This document shows positions 20,077 through 29,094 of a DNA stretch of 64,000 nt, piece after piece (the first letter of the stretch is position 1; the number at the start of each line of letters is the position of its first letter). The notes under the pieces were generated by a model that was not told the origin of the DNA, did no database searches, and was given only the letters and a program-made list of their open reading frames with translations. This DNA is from Promethearchaeota archaeon (lineage in GTDB: Archaea; Asgardarchaeota; Lokiarchaeia; Sigyniarchaeales; SOKP01): the NCBI GenBank assembly GCA_048939995.1, contig JBHLOY010000004.1, positions 64,001 through 128,000 on the forward strand. The letters are read 5' to 3'. A program made the translations under genes and the position numbers.

Positions 20077-20844
20077 CTAAGCCTTGGTTTTACTTTTTGT
20101 AATTTCATTGTAAATGGAGTTCCATATTTTATGGACTTTCAATCCATGGGTTGGACAATCTACTGTTATTAAAGCCCAAGGTCCTGAGTATTTTGCATGA
20201 AACAATTTGGCTTCTTGCCCACATTTAGGGCAACGAAATATAGCGTCTAGGAAATGGGAAATAGAACCATCCTTTAATCTTATTGGAAGTTCAAAATGTC
20301 TCCCTCCATGGAAAGGACATTTTTGTTTCACTAAAAATTTATCTTGAACAAGTTTTACAAAATAAATCGCACCAATAGTTCCACATTTGGGACAGTTGAA
20401 CATATTAACTAAATCTAATTGAGTCATTGAATCCAATTTCTTCCTCTTCTTTGAATTTCTTGCGAAATTTAATGGAGAACCTACAATCAAAAGTGTTCCC
20501 CCTATTATACAGACATAGGGAAAAATGAATGCTATTGAATATTGGGGGTTAAAAATTGGTAAATGCATTGCATAAAGTAATAGATATATTCCATAATAGA
20601 TCATCAACCCTCCAAGAACACATCCAATAATAACCCAAAAAATTCTGGTAGAGCGCTTACTAGGTAATATCATAGAAATTCCAAAGATAGTACAAATAGG
20701 TCCAAGAAATACACCAGTGAAAAATAACTCTATGCCCAAAATTGTATAATTATTATAAAATAATATTATAAATACATCAAAAACAATTCCTATTGACAGT
20801 AAAAGTATCCCGAATATTAAACCAACCACTTTTTTCGTTTCTAT
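20077..20844 (-). CDS. Four-TM membrane protein with tandem C-terminal zinc-binding repeats
   Basis: Four hydrophobic helices, then CPKCG..CPFHG and CPKCG..CPTHG. Probable ATA start at 20844 behind GGTGA (track GTG start 20829). Confidence 0.75.
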   Translation of the reverse strand: METKKVVGLIFGILLLSIGIVFDVFIILFYNNYTILGIELFFTGVFLGPICTIFGISMILPSKRSTRIFWVIIGCVLGGLMIYYGIYLLLYAMHLPIFNPQYSIAFIFPYVCIIGGTLLIVGSPLNFARNSKKRKKLDSMTQLDLVNMFNCPKCGTIGAIYFVKLVQDKFLVKQKCPFHGGRHFELPIRLKDGSISHFLDAIFRCPKCGQEAKLFHAKYSGPWALITVDCPTHGLKVHKIWNSIYNEITKSKTKA

Positions 20845-20945
20845 ATTAAATCACCAAATAAGAAATGAATGGTTTATATTATGATCATATTTTATTTAAC
20901 GTTTTTGTATGAGGGTAAAAAAAGAGAGAAGTAAAAAAATTGAAT

Positions 20946-21593
20946 TTATATTCTTAAAGATTTATTCTCTAAGATCTCGACTCTAATATTTGGATCTTTC
21001 TTTTTCATTATTTCCTTATACTTATTTAGGTCAGCTCCCCAGGAGTGCATCGGGACAACAACTTGTGGCTTAATATCAATAGCCGCATCAGTAGATTCTT
21101 CAAAATCCATGGTATATGTGCCTCCACATGGTAATAATGCCACTGTTATATTTCTTTTGGCCAAGACTTTCATTTCAGGAATTCTTTCTGTATCTCCAGC
21201 GTGATAAACACTTTTTGTACCCGATTCAATAATTGTACCAGACCATTGATTATTCTTTGGATGAGTAGGTTTTTTTATTGTATATGATGGAAATAATTCT
21301 ATACGTAGATCTTTATAGTCAAAACTATCTCCTATCCTCAGAGGTTTCCCGTTAAAAGCCTTTAGACTGCTTGCAATACTCTCAGGTCCAATTAAAATTG
21401 TATTATCTTGCCATACTTTTTCTATATCTGCTTTGGAAAAATGATCACCATGCGTATGGGAGGTCACCACTATATCTGCTTTTTCTTTTGCTTCTTTAAT
21501 ATTGTATGGGTCTAAATAAATAATACTTCCACTAAACATCTTAATTTTAAAGGCAGCATGACCTAGCCAAAAAATCTCCATTTGATAATCCAA
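20946..21593 (-). CDS. MBL-fold metallo-hydrolase (UlaG/UPF0173-like)
   Basis: WLGHAAF, TSHTHGDH, YHAGDT, GGTYTM and VPMH motifs. Confidence 0.92.
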   Translation of the reverse strand: MDYQMEIFWLGHAAFKIKMFSGSIIYLDPYNIKEAKEKADIVVTSHTHGDHFSKADIEKVWQDNTILIGPESIASSLKAFNGKPLRIGDSFDYKDLRIELFPSYTIKKPTHPKNNQWSGTIIESGTKSVYHAGDTERIPEMKVLAKRNITVALLPCGGTYTMDFEESTDAAIDIKPQVVVPMHSWGADLNKYKEIMKKKDPNIRVEILENKSLRI

Positions 21594-21713
21594 AATATAT
21601 CACCTTTCATTAATTTAAATTGGATATTAATTATTAATTGCAGTGATAATTTAAATAAGTGTGTTGAAAATTATCACCTAACTTAATTAAATGCAACTAA
21701 GTATAGGTCGAAA

Positions 21714-22070
21714 TTAATCTTTATCTTTAAGATTTAACTCTTTTTCTGATAAGGGAATTTTCTCTGAAATTCCAAACTTATCAAAATTGGCAATATTGAT
21801 ATCTTTGAGTTTTTCAATTAGAATTTTGTTTTCAAAATTAGGTATTTGACCTATCACCTTAGGAATTGGAACAGTATGAGTAAAATTAGGTCTTAGGCCC
21901 TCAATTTTACTTTTATTGTTAAAATGTTGTTTAAAGGCGGGATTTATTGGTTTAAGTAAATTTGCATTAACAAGATTTGATCCTAAATCATTTGATGGTC
22001 TTGTATTAGTAGAAATTCGACAGATGGGACAACTAATTATATCAAAACCATGTTTACAAATCATAAACAT
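21714..22070 (-). CDS. Hypothetical protein with N-terminal CxH..CPxC zinc knuckle
   Basis: ICKHGFDIISCPIC at the N-terminus; the ORF fills the gap between neighbours. Confidence 0.6.
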   Translation of the reverse strand: MFMICKHGFDIISCPICRISTNTRPSNDLGSNLVNANLLKPINPAFKQHFNNKSKIEGLRPNFTHTVPIPKVIGQIPNFENKILIEKLKDINIANFDKFGISEKIPLSEKELNLKDKD

Positions 22071-22142
22071 TTAACTCTTATAGATATTCTAACTTGAATT
22101 CTTTAAATTAATTTTATTTTATATTTTTTGTTATTATTATTT

Positions 22143-23255
22143 ATGAATAATTTTTTAGCAGAGATAAAATCGCAACCACAAGCGTTAAGAGATACTTTGA
22201 ATTATATTTTGAATGAAGGAAAATCTCAATTCTTAATTGTAAAAGATTTCATAAAAAAAGGAGGTATCAATAAGCTAATATTCACAGGCGCAGGCTCGAG
22301 TTTTATCTCAACTTATTTACCCTATTACATTTTGAACCAATATGGAATAACAACAGAAATCCGGGATTCGGGAGAATTTTTATTTAACTTATTTCCTGAA
22401 AAAAGGCAAGATATCTTTAAGAACACGGGAATAGTTATCATCTCTCAATCTGGTGAGTCGAGTGAGATCAGAGAGTTACTAAGGAAAATTAATTCAATTG
22501 AGGATACACCTCTTACCATAGGCATTACAAATAATCCCAATAGCTACCTTGCTTCAATGACTGAATTACAGATTTTAATGAATTTTGATAAGGAAACGTC
22601 TGTAACTTCAAAAAGCTACGTCTGCACTCTATTATTACTATATGTTTTGGCAAAGGCAATAATCGGTGAATTTTTCATAACTGACAAAGAACATGAAATT
22701 GTGGAAATGTTAATTAAAGAGATCGATACATTGATAACTAAAGAGGAAAAAATAAATAAAGTTTGGACGGATCTAGTGGATTTTATTGGAACTGACCTAG
22801 ATTTTATTGAAATTTTATCCCGGGGATCTTCAATGGTTACTGCATATCAAGCAGCACTAAGTTGTAAGGAAATTCTTAAAACATACTCAGAGGCTTGTTC
22901 AATATCATCATTTCGTCATGGAGGGATTGAATGTCTCAACGATGATAGTAATATAATTCTAATTACTGCAGATAATAAAAACTTAGATCTTAGTTGTAAA
23001 TTTCTAGATCAGCTTATAAATAAATGGAAATGTAAAAAGATTTTGCATATAACTAATCAAAATTTTGACCAAAAACTTGAGGAGATCCATAATAATGCTA
23101 AAGTTTTGGTCTATAAACACGATGTTATTGAGAATCACTTAGCCCCAATTATGGAAATTATAATTTTACAACTACTCTTTTATAAGATTGCTGAAAAAAG
23201 GGGAATTGACCCCGGTGTATTCTACTTTAGTAAGAAAGTGATAAATGACCTTTAA
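22143..23255 (+). CDS. Double-SIS domain sugar-phosphate isomerase/deaminase (GlmS isomerase module, GlmD/FrlB-like)
   Basis: EIKSQP, GAGSS, ISQSGES, ITNNPNS, TSKSY, KEI and FRHG motifs; no glutaminase domain. Confidence 0.85.
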   Translation: MNNFLAEIKSQPQALRDTLNYILNEGKSQFLIVKDFIKKGGINKLIFTGAGSSFISTYLPYYILNQYGITTEIRDSGEFLFNLFPEKRQDIFKNTGIVIISQSGESSEIRELLRKINSIEDTPLTIGITNNPNSYLASMTELQILMNFDKETSVTSKSYVCTLLLLYVLAKAIIGEFFITDKEHEIVEMLIKEIDTLITKEEKINKVWTDLVDFIGTDLDFIEILSRGSSMVTAYQAALSCKEILKTYSEACSISSFRHGGIECLNDDSNIILITADNKNLDLSCKFLDQLINKWKCKKILHITNQNFDQKLEEIHNNAKVLVYKHDVIENHLAPIMEIIILQLLFYKIAEKRGIDPGVFYFSKKVINDL

Positions 23256-23369
23256 AACCATTTAAAACCCATCTTTTAAGATTTTTAATAAACGTATAAA
23301 CTTTTTATATTAAAGTCTATTAATTATTGTTTATACCGTCTAAAAATGATATAAAAAGGTCTAATTTCT

Positions 23370-25142
23370 ATGAAGAAATTTTATGTTAATGAAGATAAAA
23401 GTTGGTTTCATCATTGGTGGCCTCAAGGAATCCCTTTTAATACTGAATTCGAAAATATAAGCCTTGGAGAATTTTTTGAAAGACAAAAAAAAAAGTATTC
23501 TGATTATAACCTTATGTGGTTTTTAGATACTTGGATGACGTATAATGAAGCAGGAAAATATATTGATTCTTTCGCAACAGCACTTCATAATCTAGGTGTA
23601 AGTAAAAATGACGTAGTTGCATTATTATTACCAAATTGTTTTCAATATGTGATTGCCTTCTATGCATGTGCAAAATTGGGAGCAATATCTACTGGTATAA
23701 ATCCCACGTATAAGCCTTTAGAAGTACGACATCATTTAGAATTAACAAAAGCTAAAGTACTAATTGTATTTGATTCGCTGTATAAAGATTTGGTAGCACC
23801 TATCATTGATAAGACAAATATAGAATTAGTAATATATACAAATATTATTGATTTAGCCAAAGGAATTAAAGGTGTTAAAAAAATCTTAGGAAAAATTCTG
23901 GGAAAATTGCCTTCCGGAAAAGTTGATTTTTCACCTTCTTACAAATTTTTGGAGCTTTTAAATACACCTTCAAATATTCCACAAGTTAGTTTTGATCCTA
24001 TAAATCACACAGCCACATATATAATGACAGGAGGAACTACAGGAGTCCCTAAGGCGACAGTTTTAACGCATTTTAATCTAGTTTCAAACGTAAAGCAGGT
24101 GGTAGAAATTTTTGGTGGTGAGCAGCCAGGTATTGGTGATGTAGGTGTTTTACCCTTATTCCACTCATTCGCTATGACTGCTGTAATGAATGTGGCTATT
24201 GGTCTCGGAGGATGGATGATGCTTTTTGTTAGGCCTCCTTCTACAGAAGATTTACTTAAAACAATCGATAAATTACCTGCTCCCCAAGGTCTTGCTTATG
24301 CAGGAGCAGAAATATTATTCAAGAGGATAACGGACTATCCACACTTAAAGAAATTCCCTCAATTGATGGGAAAAATGAAATTAAACGTGTCTGGAGCTGG
24401 TCCGCTCCATTCTCCTATAAGAGACGCATTTGAAAAAAGAACAGGAGGTAGAATTGTAGAGGGATATGGATTATCAGAAGCAAGCCCTATTGTAAGTGCT
24501 GGTAACCTTTTTGGAGAAAGTCCAATAGGTACAATTGGTATGCCTTTGCCAGGGACAGATTGGGGTATTTTTGATGCTGGAGCTCCATCTCTAGAAAATG
24601 GACCAATTGCTGATGGATTACCCGGCTCGAAATATGGGGAAAAAAATGTAGGAGAAGTATGTATTTTTGGTCCACAAGTAATGAAAGAATATTTAGATCA
24701 ACCAGAAGAAACTAAAGAGACTTTACAACAATGGGATGGTAGAATTTGGTTAAGAACTGGTGATATCGGATATATGCGAGAAGATGGAACTATTACATTA
24801 ATGGATAGAAAAAAGCAATTGATTAAAGTTGCTGGTCACTCGGTATTCCCTACAGAAATCGAAACAATGCTCATGAAACATGATGCTGTGTCTGAAGCTG
24901 CTGTTGCCGGGTTACCAGATCCAGAAGGAAAAGTCGGAGAAATAGCCAAAGCATGGGTTGCATTAAAATCCGATTATGTTGGAAAGGTTTCTGAACAAAT
25001 TATCCTAAATTGGGCAGAAGAAAATATGACACACTGGAAAATACCAAAATATATAGAATTTATTGATGAAATTCCTAAAAGTATAATGGGAAAAGTTCAA
25101 AGAAGGCTACTTCAAGAAGCAGATCGACTTTTTAAAAAGTAA
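23370..25142 (+). CDS. Long-chain fatty acid-CoA ligase
   Basis: TGGTTGVPK, LPLFHSF, EGYGLSE, RTGDIG, DRKK and MGKVQRR adenylation motifs. Confidence 0.93.
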   Translation: MKKFYVNEDKSWFHHWWPQGIPFNTEFENISLGEFFERQKKKYSDYNLMWFLDTWMTYNEAGKYIDSFATALHNLGVSKNDVVALLLPNCFQYVIAFYACAKLGAISTGINPTYKPLEVRHHLELTKAKVLIVFDSLYKDLVAPIIDKTNIELVIYTNIIDLAKGIKGVKKILGKILGKLPSGKVDFSPSYKFLELLNTPSNIPQVSFDPINHTATYIMTGGTTGVPKATVLTHFNLVSNVKQVVEIFGGEQPGIGDVGVLPLFHSFAMTAVMNVAIGLGGWMMLFVRPPSTEDLLKTIDKLPAPQGLAYAGAEILFKRITDYPHLKKFPQLMGKMKLNVSGAGPLHSPIRDAFEKRTGGRIVEGYGLSEASPIVSAGNLFGESPIGTIGMPLPGTDWGIFDAGAPSLENGPIADGLPGSKYGEKNVGEVCIFGPQVMKEYLDQPEETKETLQQWDGRIWLRTGDIGYMREDGTITLMDRKKQLIKVAGHSVFPTEIETMLMKHDAVSEAAVAGLPDPEGKVGEIAKAWVALKSDYVGKVSEQIILNWAEENMTHWKIPKYIEFIDEIPKSIMGKVQRRLLQEADRLFKK

Positions 25143-25231
25143 AGTTTCTTCAAATTAACTTCAAGCTCAAAAACTACAAATATAAATCTTTATTTCTTAC
25201 TATATTAGAATTATACTTTATCAAAATTGAT

Positions 25232-26494
25232 ATGAATACCATAGCAACGAGTGGCACTTTTAAGAGTTACCTCTTTTTTTGGGGCGGTCAATTATTTTCA
25301 TTACTTGGCTCATCCATAGTACATTTTGTCATTATCTGGTGGATTAATGTAGTCACTCCTGATCGAGATCTAGCAGCTTTTTTACTCGGTTTAGCAAATT
25401 TCTTAGGGATGCTCCCGTTAATAGTTCTGAGCCCTATTGCTGGGGTTTTTATTGATAAATGGAATAGAAAACATATTATAATGATTGCGGATTCTTTACA
25501 AGCTTTTATCACATTCTTGTTAATACTGATCTTTTTTTTTAGAATAGAAGAAGTTATGATTGTAATCGTGATCAATAGCCTTAGGGGAATTTGTCAAGCG
25601 TTTCATTTTCCAACAATAAAAGCGATAATTCCATTAATGATTCCTAAAGATAAGTTAAGTAGAATGAATGCAATAGATTATGGAGTAAATGGATTAGTTC
25701 AAATAGCTGGACCTGCTGTTGGAGCGCTTCTTTATAGTTTCTTTCCAATCGCTACAGTTTTATGGGTTGATGTTATTACCTTTTTTATTGCACTATTACC
25801 CCTAATCTTAGTTAAGATTCCGAAAATTAAGCAGAATGGGATTAAAAAAGACCAGTTTTCCTTTTTTAAGGATTTTAGGCAAGGTATTCGAGGAGTAAAA
25901 CAAGTTCCCGGGCTTATAATTTTGTTAGTACTTATTTCAGTAGTAAACTTCTTAGGCGTACCTTTTGGTACATTATTACCTTTATTTGTGACAGATATAC
26001 ATAATGGAGATCCAAATGGGGTTGCCTATGCTTTCATTATTGCATTAATGCAAATAGGAATGGTTATCGGAGCTATAATAGCCACAATTAAGAAGGATTA
26101 TAAAAATAGAGTGTTAGTAATTACCGGCTGTATTCTTATTTCGGCTGTTGGTTACTTTATGTCAGCACTTTCTCCTATTGGTTTATTCATAATGATAGGC
26201 ATTGGTGGGATGATACGTGCCGCAATGACTCCTTTGATTAATACAAACTTTCTAACAATTATCCAGTTACATGTCCCACCAGAAAAACAAGGAAAAGTAA
26301 TGTCAATCGTTGTTTCTCTTGCGTGGCTTGTAATACCTCCGGCAAGTTTAATAGCTGGTACTTTTGCAGTGTTAATCGGGATTATACCTCTTTATTTAAC
26401 TTTTGCCTCTTTGATCATAATATCAGTTATTATAACATTATTATTTACAAATATACGTTCTGTTAAATATAAACATGTTTATGACAAAGAATAA
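25232..26494 (+). CDS. MFS transporter (MefA/DHA3-like)
   Basis: WGGQLFSLLGS and motif A GVFIDKWNRK; about 12 TM helices. Confidence 0.92.
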   Translation: MNTIATSGTFKSYLFFWGGQLFSLLGSSIVHFVIIWWINVVTPDRDLAAFLLGLANFLGMLPLIVLSPIAGVFIDKWNRKHIIMIADSLQAFITFLLILIFFFRIEEVMIVIVINSLRGICQAFHFPTIKAIIPLMIPKDKLSRMNAIDYGVNGLVQIAGPAVGALLYSFFPIATVLWVDVITFFIALLPLILVKIPKIKQNGIKKDQFSFFKDFRQGIRGVKQVPGLIILLVLISVVNFLGVPFGTLLPLFVTDIHNGDPNGVAYAFIIALMQIGMVIGAIIATIKKDYKNRVLVITGCILISAVGYFMSALSPIGLFIMIGIGGMIRAAMTPLINTNFLTIIQLHVPPEKQGKVMSIVVSLAWLVIPPASLIAGTFAVLIGIIPLYLTFASLIIISVIITLLFTNIRSVKYKHVYDKE

Positions 26495-26589
26495 GTAAAA
26501 AAATGAATTAAGATAATTATCGTTATAAATCTAAATTTTTTTTAAAAAATATTAATTACTTACAAATACTCAAATAAAGGACTTATGAA

Positions 26590-27726
26590 ATGACTAAAGG
26601 GATAATTTTATCTGGAGGTTGGGGAACACGGCTTAGACCCCTAACATGTACTATTCCTAAATCTCTGATACCTGTTGTTAATAAACCTGTTATAGAACGA
26701 CAGATATTGCTCTTGAAGTCCGCTGGAATTAAAGAAATAATTCTTGCTGTAAGTGTAATGTCTGAGGTTGTACAAAGCTATTTCAAAGATGGCAACAGAT
26801 TGGGAGTAAAAATTCACTATACAAACGAAAAACATCCTATGGGAACTGCCGGAGCAATCAAATTAGCCGAGTCCTATTTAAAAGATGAAAATTTTTTCAT
26901 GTTAAATGGAGATGTAATTGTAAACTTTGATTTTAAAGATATGCTTCATTTTCATGAAAGATCTAAAGCAAAGGGCACAATTGCTAGCAAAATAGTTCAG
27001 GATCCTTCACCCTATGGAGTCCTCATAGTGAATCCAGAGACTTACCAACTCCAAAAATTTCTTGAAAAAGAGGAATATCTACCACCAAAAGGGAAGCATA
27101 TTCCAATGCCTATAAATGCAGGTGTATATATCTTAGAGCCTGAAATTTTTAGATATATTAAACCAAACAAAAAGATATCAATGGAAAGAGATATTTTTCA
27201 TAAATTAGCTGCTGAAAATTCATTGTATCACTTTCCAATTACCGGCATATGGAAAGATATTGGAAAGCCTTATGATTTACTAAAAGGAAGTATCTTATTA
27301 ATGAATGATATTTTAGATAATTTAAATGAAAAAAGGCAGTCTTTAATTGATGCTTCAGCTGATATTGATCCGACTACTAAAGTTATCCATCCTTGTGTAA
27401 TAGGAGGAAAAGTTATTATCAGAGGAGATAGCACTATAGGTCCTAATGTCATTATTGGTGATAATGTCTACATAGACAAAGGAACGCAAATCAAAGAAAC
27501 TTTGATATATAATGAATCATATATTTCCAAGAATGTAGATATTGAAAAATCAATAATTTCTGATAATTGTCTTCTTGAGGAAAACGTTCAATTAAAAGGT
27601 CAAAACGAGGATTTAGTCATATTAGCTTCTTATGTTAAAGTTTTAAAAAATATTAAACTCATTACTAAAAATAATCAATCAATTAACTTCTGTCACCATG
27701 AAGTGGTAAACAAAAGCTTAATCTAA
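26590..27726 (+). CDS. NDP-sugar pyrophosphorylase (mannose-1-phosphate guanylyltransferase-like)
   Basis: ILSGGWGTRLRPLT..PK, GTAGAI, NGD, INAGVY and WKDIG motifs, then hexapeptide repeats. Confidence 0.92.
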   Translation: MTKGIILSGGWGTRLRPLTCTIPKSLIPVVNKPVIERQILLLKSAGIKEIILAVSVMSEVVQSYFKDGNRLGVKIHYTNEKHPMGTAGAIKLAESYLKDENFFMLNGDVIVNFDFKDMLHFHERSKAKGTIASKIVQDPSPYGVLIVNPETYQLQKFLEKEEYLPPKGKHIPMPINAGVYILEPEIFRYIKPNKKISMERDIFHKLAAENSLYHFPITGIWKDIGKPYDLLKGSILLMNDILDNLNEKRQSLIDASADIDPTTKVIHPCVIGGKVIIRGDSTIGPNVIIGDNVYIDKGTQIKETLIYNESYISKNVDIEKSIISDNCLLEENVQLKGQNEDLVILASYVKVLKNIKLITKNNQSINFCHHEVVNKSLI

Positions 27727-27751
27727 TTAAAAATTATACAAGCTATTAAAG

Positions 27752-29092
27752 ATGGATAAAAATCTTAATCCAAATAAAATTTATGAAGATTTTAAAAAGA
27801 ATAAAATTAATAAATTTGAGACTTTAAAGATTCTTGAATCGCTTATAAATGAAAGTGATAATGAAGACATAAGAGCTCAAGCCATTAACTTAATTGGGAA
27901 ATTATCGCTATTTAATGAGAGAATTTCACGAATCATTGAAAAAAGTATCATCACTGATGAATCCACTTTAGTCAAGATAAATGCTGCTAAAATATCTCTT
28001 AGAAATAATCTTGATCAGACAGAGAAGGCATTGGATTGGCTTATTGAGAATGAGAAGTCAATTCTATTCTTTAAGAAAATGTTGGATTTCACTGAGCAAT
28101 CACAAAATCCAAAATTAAAAATTTTTCATGAAAAGCTTCTAAAAAAGTTAGAAAAGATTTATAATTTAAATAAACAAGAAGCTAGATTCATATTAGAATT
28201 AGATTACCTCGATTATGAGAAATTTATAGAAACTTTTAGAGAATTTTCATCTAAATTCGAAATTAAGGAAACAGAAAAAAAAAAGTTATTTAAGGAGAAT
28301 ACAGAGATAGGATTTAAAGGATTAGGGAGGATTAAATCGATAAGAGAAAGATGCATTACGGGTTTGGTACTAGATGGCTTTGATAGATTACCAAAATCGC
28401 TCCAATGTCTCTCAAAGTTAGAAAATTTAGTAATTAAACGAAGTAAAATTGGAAATTTACCAGATAAGTATGGTTATCTCTCCAATCTTAAAAATTTTGT
28501 ATTACAAAATAATCAAATTGAAACAATTCCAAAATGGGTATTAACTATAGCTTCAAAAGATTATTACATTAAAAAATACATTAAAAGTGGAGTAAATGCA
28601 AAGGAGGTTTCATTATTAGGATTATTAGAAATTCTGACTGGTCAAGCTTTTATTCGATTAGATCTAGATGTTTTTCCTTCTCATTCATTATTATTTTATT
28701 ACAAAACTAATAAGGTGGGCAATATAACGACTCTTTATTTATCCTCTGAGCTTTCACGTATAGGTATCTTTCCGAAAGAACTATGCAAATTAAAATTCTT
28801 AGAGGAAATTTGTATGGTAAATCAAAATATTAGATTTATACCTGAATGTATAGGAGATTTAAGAAACTTAAAGATTTTAAATTTAAACTATAATGAAATT
28901 AGTGAACTACCTGCTTCTATTGGCAACTTAGAAAAATTAGAATATCTTTGTCTTAGAAAAGATGGAGGAAAGCTTAGTATTATTCCGAAGAATTTGGTTA
29001 ATTTAAAAAATCTTAAGGTTTTAGATCTTACTGGAAATACGGTAGAAAATATGCCAGAATCAATTAAATCATTGGATTCACTGAAAATTTGA
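27752..29092 (+). CDS. HEAT-repeat plus leucine-rich-repeat protein
   Basis: N-terminal HEAT-like 'IRAQAINLIG..DESTLVKINAA' and two blocks of LxxLxLxxNxIxxLP repeats. Confidence 0.85.
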   Translation: MDKNLNPNKIYEDFKKNKINKFETLKILESLINESDNEDIRAQAINLIGKLSLFNERISRIIEKSIITDESTLVKINAAKISLRNNLDQTEKALDWLIENEKSILFFKKMLDFTEQSQNPKLKIFHEKLLKKLEKIYNLNKQEARFILELDYLDYEKFIETFREFSSKFEIKETEKKKLFKENTEIGFKGLGRIKSIRERCITGLVLDGFDRLPKSLQCLSKLENLVIKRSKIGNLPDKYGYLSNLKNFVLQNNQIETIPKWVLTIASKDYYIKKYIKSGVNAKEVSLLGLLEILTGQAFIRLDLDVFPSHSLLFYYKTNKVGNITTLYLSSELSRIGIFPKELCKLKFLEEICMVNQNIRFIPECIGDLRNLKILNLNYNEISELPASIGNLEKLEYLCLRKDGGKLSIIPKNLVNLKNLKVLDLTGNTVENMPESIKSLDSLKI

Positions 29093-29094
29093 GT

